Positions 56,350-64,000 of a stretch of 64,000 nt of DNA are shown one piece after another. The translations under genes and the position numbers were made by a program. The DNA is from Escherichia coli. GTDB taxonomy: Bacteria; Pseudomonadota; Gammaproteobacteria; Enterobacterales; Enterobacteriaceae. The first letter of the stretch is position 1; every line of letters begins with the position of its first letter. Under the pieces are notes generated by a model that saw nothing but the letters and a program-made list of their open reading frames with translations, was not told where the DNA came from and did no database searches. The stretch is taken from assembly GCF_003334765.1 (NCBI RefSeq), contig NZ_QOWT01000002.1, one strand, 5' to 3'.

Positions 56350-56799
56350 TTATTTCCCGTAACCTTTTGATGGGGTAAAGGTATTCCCCACGATTGGCGC
56401 GGTATCGGCCTGCGGTACGTGACATTGCAGACAGAAATAACGACGCGGAGCCACTTCCGCGCCCACTTTGCCGTCGCTGTCCATAAAGTGAGTAGGACTG
56501 ATACGCGGCGCGCCAGTGGTGCGATAGCTTTCGACACCGTGGCACTGCAAGCAGCGATTGGTATTGGTCGTTACCTGATAACCTTCAACGCTATGCGGGA
56601 TCATTGGCGGCTGATTCACATAGTTCAGCGGCATCCGATCCTGCTCTTTTGGCATCCGAATGGCCCCTTCCTGTGTCCCGGATACTTCCGGCGACTGGCT
56701 AAAATCGACGCCATTAGCCGCCCAAACCGCGCCGCTTACCACCAGGGCCAGCATCGCCGTCCATTGACACAGCGCTTTCTTCAGGTCATGGCTTTTCAT
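56350..56799 (-). CDS. napB: Diheme cytochrome c NapB, 149 aa from MKSHDLKK...; track ORF extends 7 codons upstream
   Basis: Two CxxCH motifs (CLQCH x2), signal peptide; 4-nt overlap with the napH stop. Confidence 0.93.
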   Translation of the reverse strand: MKSHDLKKALCQWTAMLALVVSGAVWAANGVDFSQSPEVSGTQEGAIRMPKEQDRMPLNYVNQPPMIPHSVEGYQVTTNTNRCLQCHGVESYRTTGAPRISPTHFMDSDGKVGAEVAPRRYFCLQCHVPQADTAPIVGNTFTPSKGYGK

Positions 56800-57659
56800 G
56801 ATTTCGCTCCCGAACTCCATCGTGTAGTTATTGTAAATACATCCTCAGAACAGACATCCACGCAGCGACCGCACGTCATGCAATCGCGGCTGGTGACCTG
56901 CACCGGGCTTTGTTCATCCAGCACCGGGGCACGTAGCACATGCGGTTCCGGGCAAACATGAAAACAATCCATACAGCGGTTACATTTCTGCCGATCGGTG
57001 GCCGCAACGGTAATCACACCTTTGCTACCCAGCACGCCATACAGCGCGCCAACCGGACAAATGTGCCCGCACCAGCCGTGTTCAACGACCAGTAGATCAA
57101 ATAAAAACAGCGCGAGAATAAGCAGCGCGCCGCTGCCGAAGCCCATTACCAGGCTACGCCCCATCAGAGAAACGGGGTTGATCCATTCCCAAATGAGCGT
57201 GCCAGTTAAGGCTGATCCCACCAGAATGACCACCAACAGCACGTAGCGAATGTGGCGAGGGATCGTCGCAGACTGATTGAGGTCAAAGCGCCTGCGTAAC
57301 CAGTTCGCTAAGTCGGTAATCGGGTTCAGCGGGCAGACCCAGCTGCAAAATAATCGCTTTCCCGCCAGGGCGTAGAGCACGGTGATAATCACCGCACCGG
57401 TCAACGCCACCGTGGCAGGCAGATGACCACTGGCAAGACTTTGCAGCGTCATCAGCGGATCGGTCAGCGGAACGGTGTCGAATAACAGGCTACTGCTGTA
57501 GTTGCCGTGCAAGATCCACACACCAAACCATGGACCGCTCAAAAACATCCCCAGCACGAAGAACTGACAAAGGCGACGTAACACCAGCCAACGGTGACTG
57601 CGCCACCAGCCTTTTTTCTCCAGCGCCTCGCGCCCGGCGTCACGTTTACGATTTGCCAT
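56796..57659 (-). CDS. napH: Membrane ferredoxin-type protein NapH, 287 aa
   Basis: ORF track 287 aa; TM helices plus C-terminal 4Fe-4S Cys clusters. Confidence 0.93.
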
Positions 57660-58341
57660 TGTTCCCCTCCAGCCAGCCGAAGCGGTAATGGTGACCTAAC
57701 TCCCCTTTCGCCAGTGACAGCGGTAACACCTTGATTGCCGGTTGTTCCAGCACGCATACTTTTTCGCACTTACCGCAACCGGTACAGGCGTCGCTGTGAA
57801 CCGTCGGCAGAAAGCGGGCGTGCTTACCGGTACGCGTGTTGCGCTCCAGCTCCAGGGTGATGGCCTCATCAATTTTCGGGCATTCGCGATAACAAACATC
57901 GCAGCGCAGCCCCTGAAAGTTGAGACAGTTTTCCTGGTCCACCAGTACCGCCAGCCCCATCCGCGCGTCGTCGATCGATTCAATCTCACGATCCAGCGCA
58001 CCGCTTGGGCACACTTTGGCGCACGGAATGTCCTCACACATTTCGCAAGGAATATCCCGTGCGACAAAATATGGCGTGCCCGCCGACAGACCAGAGGCCA
58101 GCGTCGCCAGTTTTAAGGTGTCGTAAGGGCAAGCCTGAACACACTGACCGCAACGCACACAGGCACTGGCAAAGGCGTTCTCGTTTATGGCTCCGGGCGG
58201 GCGCAACCGCACGCCAGATGCGCGTGCGGTTTGCTGTTGTAACCCCAGCGCCACACCCACGGCAGCCAGCCCGCCTGCTGTGCGAACGACATCGCGCAGA
58301 AAGCGGCGGCGACCATTTTGAGGTTTCGCTGACCGGGACAT
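57646..58341 (-). CDS. napG: Periplasmic ferredoxin-type protein NapG, 231 aa, twin-arginine signal
   Basis: ORF track 231 aa; RRRFLR Tat motif; multiple CxxCxxCxxxCP clusters. Confidence 0.93.
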
Positions 58342-58347
58342 AATGGC

Positions 58348-60834
58348 TTACACCTTCTCCAGTTTGACCGCGCACTTCTTGAAGTCCGTCTCTTTCGAGA
58401 GCGGATCGGTCGCATCCAGCGTCAGTTTGTTAACCAACTGTGCGGCGTCGAAGAACGGCATGTACACCAGGCCCTGTGGCGGACGGTTACGACCGCGCGT
58501 TTCAACAATCGAGATCACTTCGCCACGGCGAGAAACCACTTTCACTTTGTCGCCACGGCGCAGATCGCGCGCTTTCGCATCCAGCGGGTGAATAAACAGG
58601 ACCGCTTCCGGGAAGGCGCGGTGCAGTTCTGGTACACGGCGAGTCATACTGCCGGTGTGCCAGTGCTCCAGAACGCGTCCGGTAGAGAGCCACAGGTCGT
58701 ACTCTTCATCCGGTGCTTCCGCCGCCGGTTCGAATGGCAGTGCGAAGATCACCGCTTTGCCATCCGGTTTACCGTAGAACTTATAGCCTTCGCCCGCTTT
58801 CACGTACGGGTCGTTACCTTCGCTGTAACGCCACTGCGTTTCTTTACCGTTCACCACCGGCCAGCGCAGACCGCGCGCTTTGTGGTAGTCATCGAACGGT
58901 GCCAGATCGTGACCGTGACCGCGACCAAACCATGCGTACTCTTCGAACAGCCCTTTTTGCAGATAGAAGCCCAGCTCGCGGGATTCATCGTTCAGCTGAT
59001 CTTCCGCCAGTTCGGATACCGGGAATTTGCTCACTTCCGGTGTGGCATACAGCACTTCGTACAGCGTTTTGCCACGCAGTTCCGGTTTCTTCGCCAGCAG
59101 ATCTTCCGGCCATACTTCTTCAGTTTTGAAGCGGCGGGAGAACTGGACTAACTGCCAGAGATCCGATTTCGCTTCGCCCGGTGCCTGTACCTGTTGACGC
59201 CAGAACTGAGTACGGCGTTCGGCGTTACCGTAAGCGCCCTCTTTCTCTACCCACATTGCGGTCGGCAGGATCAAGTCGGCGGCCAGCGCACTGACTGTCG
59301 GATACGGATCGGAGACGATGATGAAGTTGCGCGGATCGCGCCAGCCCGGCATACGCTCTTCATTGATGTTCGGCCCGGCCTGCATGTTGTTGGTACACAT
59401 GGTCCAGTAAACATTCAGTTTGCCGTCTTTCAGCGCACGGTCTTGTGCCACCGCGTGCAGACCGATTTTCGCCGGAATGGTGCCGCTCGGGATATTCCAC
59501 TTCTTCTCGCAGATATCACGGTGTTTCTCGTTGGTCACCACCATGTCCGCAGGCAGACGGTGAGCAAAGGTGCCCACTTCACGCGCAGTACCACACGCAG
59601 AAGGTTGCCCGGTCAGGGAGAACGGACCGCAACCCGGCTGGGAAATTTTGCCGGTCAGCAGGTGCAGGTTGTAGACCAGGTTGTTAGCCCACACGCCACG
59701 AGTATGCTGGTTGAAGCCCATCGTCCAGTAGGAGATGACTTTCTTGTTCGGATCGGCATACAGCTGCGCCAGTTGTTCTAACTGGTCTTTCGGCACGCCG
59801 GTCATTTCGGCAGTTTTTTCCAGCGTATACTCGGCAACGAAGGCTTTGTAATCTTCAAAGCTCATCGGTTCGGAGGCGTCAGAACCCGGATTCTTCGCTG
59901 CTTTTTCCAGCGGATGGGTCGGACGTAAACCGTAGCCGATGTCCGTCGCCCCTTTGCGCAGGTTAACGTGCTTGCTGAAGAAGTCCTGATTTATCGCATT
60001 GTTTTGAATGATATAGTTGGCGATGTAGTTCAGGATCACCAGGTCAGATTGCGGCGTAAAGATGATGCCGTTATCCGCCAGCTCGAAGCTACGATGCTGG
60101 TAGGTAGAAAGCACCGCCACGGTGACGTTCTGGTTAGAGAGACGACGGTTAGTGATGCGCGACCAGAGGATCGGGTGCATTTCCGCCATGTTTGCGCCCC
60201 ACAGCACAAACGCGTCAGCCTGCTCGATGTCGTCATAGCAGCCCATCGGCTCATCCATACCAAAGGTACGCATAAAGCCAACTACTGCCGACGCCATACA
60301 GTGACGCGCGTTCGGGTCGATGTTGTTCGAACGGAAGCCCGCTTTAAACAGCTTGGACGCGGCATAACCTTCCCAGATAGTCCACTGACCAGAACCGAAC
60401 ATACCGATCGATTCCGGCCCTTTTTCTTTCAGGGCGGTTTTGAATTTCTCTTCCATCACATCGAAGGCCTGATCCCAGGTGATTGGGGTAAATTCGCCTT
60501 CTTTGTCATATTTACCGTTTTTCATACGCAGCAGCGGCTGCGTCAAACGGTCTTTACCGTACATGATTTTGGGCAGGAAATAGCCCTTAATGCAGTTCAG
60601 GCCACGGTTAACCGGTGCGTCCGGGTCGCCCTGACAGGCCACCACACGTCCCTGCTGCGTTCCGACCAGAACGCCGCAACCAGTACCGCAGAAACGGCAC
60701 GGCGCTTTATCCCATTTGATGGCTTCCTGCTGACCAACAACGGCGCGGGCAACGCCCGGCACGCTGAGACCGGCAGCCGCCGCAGCGGCCGCAACGGCGT
60801 TAGCTTTCATAAAGCTACGACGACTGAGTTTCAT
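58348..60834 (-). CDS. napA: Periplasmic nitrate reductase catalytic subunit NapA (molybdopterin), 828 aa
   Basis: ORF track 828 aa; Tat signal SRRSFMK; N-terminal Cys cluster CRFCGTGC. Confidence 0.96.
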   Translation of the reverse strand: MKLSRRSFMKANAVAAAAAAAGLSVPGVARAVVGQQEAIKWDKAPCRFCGTGCGVLVGTQQGRVVACQGDPDAPVNRGLNCIKGYFLPKIMYGKDRLTQPLLRMKNGKYDKEGEFTPITWDQAFDVMEEKFKTALKEKGPESIGMFGSGQWTIWEGYAASKLFKAGFRSNNIDPNARHCMASAVVGFMRTFGMDEPMGCYDDIEQADAFVLWGANMAEMHPILWSRITNRRLSNQNVTVAVLSTYQHRSFELADNGIIFTPQSDLVILNYIANYIIQNNAINQDFFSKHVNLRKGATDIGYGLRPTHPLEKAAKNPGSDASEPMSFEDYKAFVAEYTLEKTAEMTGVPKDQLEQLAQLYADPNKKVISYWTMGFNQHTRGVWANNLVYNLHLLTGKISQPGCGPFSLTGQPSACGTAREVGTFAHRLPADMVVTNEKHRDICEKKWNIPSGTIPAKIGLHAVAQDRALKDGKLNVYWTMCTNNMQAGPNINEERMPGWRDPRNFIIVSDPYPTVSALAADLILPTAMWVEKEGAYGNAERRTQFWRQQVQAPGEAKSDLWQLVQFSRRFKTEEVWPEDLLAKKPELRGKTLYEVLYATPEVSKFPVSELAEDQLNDESRELGFYLQKGLFEEYAWFGRGHGHDLAPFDDYHKARGLRWPVVNGKETQWRYSEGNDPYVKAGEGYKFYGKPDGKAVIFALPFEPAAEAPDEEYDLWLSTGRVLEHWHTGSMTRRVPELHRAFPEAVLFIHPLDAKARDLRRGDKVKVVSRRGEVISIVETRGRNRPPQGLVYMPFFDAAQLVNKLTLDATDPLSKETDFKKCAVKLEKV

Positions 60835-61094
60835 GGTGTTTCCTCACCTTGCTCTTCCTGCTGGTGATAAACCAGCGACACCGCCAGCACGCCCTCTACG
60901 TTGCGTACTGACTCAATGGTTTGGATCAGCGTTTCGCTGTCTTCTGCTTCCACCACCACAATCAACTGACCGCTCGGCGCGTCGCTGACAGCAACTTCAC
61001 AGCCGGGAAAGGCGTTCAGTTGGGTGCTGATGTCTGAAATTCGTTCGCTTTTGGCCTGCACGACCAGGCTGCAAACTTGCCAGTTAGTGTGCAT
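60831..61094 (-). CDS. napD: NapA chaperone NapD, 87 aa
   Basis: ORF track 87 aa; overlaps napA start by 4 nt. Confidence 0.92.
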   Translation of the reverse strand: MHTNWQVCSLVVQAKSERISDISTQLNAFPGCEVAVSDAPSGQLIVVVEAEDSETLIQTIESVRNVEGVLAVSLVYHQQEEQGEETP

Positions 61095-61578
61095 GGAGAT
61101 ACTCCGCAGTTATGGCTGATACCGGACAGCTGGCTGCACATGCTCCACATCCGTTGCAAAGTTGGCTATTAAGTTGCGGCTGGTAGATCCCGGAGAGCGT
61201 CGGGCGAAAGATAATTGCCATTGGCTCACAGCTATCCTGACAGCGGCGGCATTCAACTGACTGATACGCCAGGCACGCGTCCCCGATGGTGAACTGCAAA
61301 TCCCAGGCCCTGGTGTGGCGCGGAGAAAATAGCGATTCGGGGCAAGCCTGCGCGCAGGCGTAACAGAAGCTGCACTCGTTATTTTTGAAATTAACGCTCG
61401 GATAGCCGCCCGCGCCGCGTTGCAGAATGTTGTTTTCACAAGCATTAATACAGGCGTCGCAGCGGGTGCAATGGGTCAGAAAATGAGATTCATCACCGGA
61501 CCAGGGCGGACGGATACCGTTACTGGCTTTGCGCCAGCGACCAGTGAGTATGCCCCGACGGGATGCATCAATCTTCAC
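61084..61578 (-). CDS. napF: Ferredoxin-type protein NapF, 164 aa
   Basis: ORF track 164 aa; several CxxCxxCxxxCP motifs. Confidence 0.93.
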   Translation of the reverse strand: MKIDASRRGILTGRWRKASNGIRPPWSGDESHFLTHCTRCDACINACENNILQRGAGGYPSVNFKNNECSFCYACAQACPESLFSPRHTRAWDLQFTIGDACLAYQSVECRRCQDSCEPMAIIFRPTLSGIYQPQLNSQLCNGCGACAASCPVSAITAEYLHAH

Positions 61579-61686
61579 ATTGACCTTCCATCATTAACGC
61601 GCTCTGAAAATTGAGAGCGACCAAATAAACCGCATAATTAATAAGCCATTTTTATAGCCGCTAAGATATTAAAGGATGTGTCAAAG

Positions 61687-61851
61687 ATGCATACCCCGAT
61701 CGGGGTAAAACCTGTAGCAGGATCAAAAGAGTGGCGGGAAGCGTGGCAAAAACGGGCTTTTGCTCACATTTCAAATGGTTATAAATATATTTATATAGCG
61801 ATTGATTCACCAGAGATATTTCTGCTGGTTTGCTCTCTCATTAGAATTTAA
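61687..61851 (+). CDS. yojO: Small 54-aa ORF (MHTPIGVKPVAGSKEWREAWQKRAFAHISNGYKYIYIAIDSPEIFLLVCSLIRI) overlapping the napF control region; I recall a small annotated ORF (yojO) at this location in K-12, but expression and function are doubtful
   Basis: My own translation, below the ORF-track length cut-off; start codon lies inside the NarP palindrome; no obvious RBS. Confidence 0.3.
   Translation: MHTPIGVKPVAGSKEWREAWQKRAFAHISNGYKYIYIAIDSPEIFLLVCSLIRI
61692..61707. promoter_or_regulatory. NarP/NarL 7-2-7 binding site TACCCCG-AT-CGGGGTA in the napF promoter
   Basis: Perfect 16-bp palindrome matching the NarL/NarP heptamer consensus TACYYMT in inverted-pair arrangement, about 115-130 bp upstream of the napF start. 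Confidence 0.8.
61714..61727 (-). promoter_or_regulatory. Probable FNR site (TTGATcctgCTACA on the minus strand) about 21 bp upstream of the NarP site
   Basis: One perfect TTGAT half-site and one degenerate half-site; spacing from the NarP site is consistent with the known napF promoter architecture. Confidence 0.5.
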
Positions 61852-61985
61852 CACTAAAAGAGCAGGTAAAATTGTCTGAATGTTCTTTAAGTTATTCATA
61901 AAGCAAATTAATAAATCTGATGAATATGTTAACCTTCAGCGACATCATCGGTGAAAACCTATAAATGAAGAAGGAAAGCAAAAAA

Positions 61986-62474
61986 ATGAAGACCATTCTA
62001 CCTGCAGTATTGTTTGCCGCTTTCGCTACCACTTCCGCCTGGGCGGCAGAAAGCGTCCAGCCACTGGAAAAAATCGCGCCTTATCCACAAGCTGAAAAAG
62101 GGATGAAGCGTCAGGTGATTCAGTTAACCCCGCAAGAAGATGAATCTACCCTGAAAGTAGAACTGTTAATCGGTCAGACGCTGGAAGTCGATTGCAATTT
62201 GCATCGTCTCGGCGGGAAGCTGGAAAACAAAACGCTGGAAGGCTGGGGCTATGATTATTATGTCTTTGATAAAGTCAGTTCCCCGGTTTCAACGATGATG
62301 GCCTGCCCGGATGGCAAGAAAGAGAAGAAATTTGTCACCGCGTATCTGGGCGATGCTGGAATGCTGCGTTACAACAGCAAGCTGCCGATCGTGGTGTATA
62401 CGCCAGACAATGTAGATGTGAAGTACCGCGTCTGGAAGGCGGAAGAGAAAATTGACAACGCGGTAGTTCGCTAA
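61986..62474 (+). CDS. eco: Ecotin (periplasmic serine protease inhibitor), 162 aa from [10 protein letters not shown]...; track ORF begins 7 codons upstream
   Basis: Signal peptide; recognised ecotin sequence. Confidence 0.94.
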
Positions 62475-62476
62475 AC

Positions 62477-63070
62477 TGCCGTGAAGTGCGGCACCCCGTA
62501 GGTCAGACAAGGCGGTCACGCCGCATCCGACATCCAACGCCCGAGCCGGTTGCCTGATGCGACGCTGGCGCGTCTTATCAGGCCTACACCGCTGTGAAGT
62601 GCTCCACCCCGTAGGTCGGATAAGGCGGTTACGCCGCATCCGACATCTAACGCCCAAGCCGGTTGCCTGATGCGACGCTGGCGCGTCTTATCAGGCCTAC
62701 ACCGCTGTGAAGTGCTCCACCCCGTAGGTTGGATAAGGCGGTTACGCCGCATCCGACATCCAACGTCCGAGCCGGTTGCCTGATGCGACGCTGGCGCGTC
62801 TTATCAGGCCTACACCGCTGTGAAGTGCTCCACCCCGTAGGTCGGATAAGGCGGTTACGCCGCATCCGACATCTAACGCCCAAGCCGGTTGCCTGATGCG
62901 ACGCTGGCGCGTCTTATCAGGCCTACACCGCTGTGAAGTGCTCCACCCCGTAGGTTGGATAAGGCGGTTACGCCGCATCCAACATCTAACGCCCGAGCCG
63001 GTTGCCTGATGCGACGCTGGCGCGTCTTATCAGCATACGCCACATCCGGCATACCATGCCGGATGTGGCG
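62477..63070. repeat. Large BIME: five tandem 113-bp units, each a pair of inverted REP palindromes, ending in a perfect 15-bp-stem hairpin (63038-63070) adjacent to the mqo stop
   Basis: tgcctgatgcgacgctggcgcgtcttatcaggcctac recurs at 62551, 62664, 62777, 62890 and 63003 (period 113 bp), alternating with gtaggtcggataaggcggttacgccgcatccgaca-type REPs. Confidence 0.9.
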
Positions 63071-63075
63071 CATCA

Positions 63076-64000
<925 letters not shown>

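Noticed and set aside
59968-60867. 299-aa plus-strand ORF antisense to napA, and similar long antisense ORFs in fruA (20004-20714), ccmF (51544-52293), yeiP/yeiW (24466-25098), napC (55777-56370) and yejO (46102-46572)
   Set aside because: All lie entirely within and opposite to strongly supported genes, have Arg/His-rich low-complexity composition, and lack start-site context. Shadow ORFs.

Overview
This window reads as conserved Escherichia coli K-12-type core chromosome, running from the 5' part of galS to the 3' part of mqo, and I find no novel or undescribed system in it. All gene calls rest on my recognising the six-frame translations (lengths, motifs, gene order); no alignment or database search was run. 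The order is galS, yeiB, folE, yeiG, cirA, lysP, yeiE, yeiH, nfo, yeiI, nupX, rihB, yeiL, psuT-psuG-psuK, fruA-fruK-fruB, setB, yeiW, yeiP, yeiQ, yeiR, lpxT, mepS, rtn(pdeN), yejA-yejB-yejE-yejF, yejG, bcr, rsuA, yejH(radD), rplY, yejK, yejL, yejM, tRNA-Pro, yejO, narP, then the 15-gene minus-strand napFDAGHBC-ccmABCDEFGH cluster, eco and mqo. Coding density is high, with no CRISPR array, no IS or transposase, no integrase and no prophage genes. Coordinates include the stop codon, as in the ORF track. Where the track ORF begins upstream of the start I recognise, I give the shorter conventional start. The points most worth a second look are two side-by-side paralogous nucleoside-catabolism modules (yeiI/nupX/rihB and psuK/psuG/psuT), the uncharacterised HTH-kinase fusion YeiI, an intact 863-aa autotransporter (yejO) next to tRNA-Pro, a hairpin that overlaps the nfo ribosome-binding site, a tandem 18-bp repeat in the psuK promoter region, and a five-unit REP/BIME array between eco and mqo.
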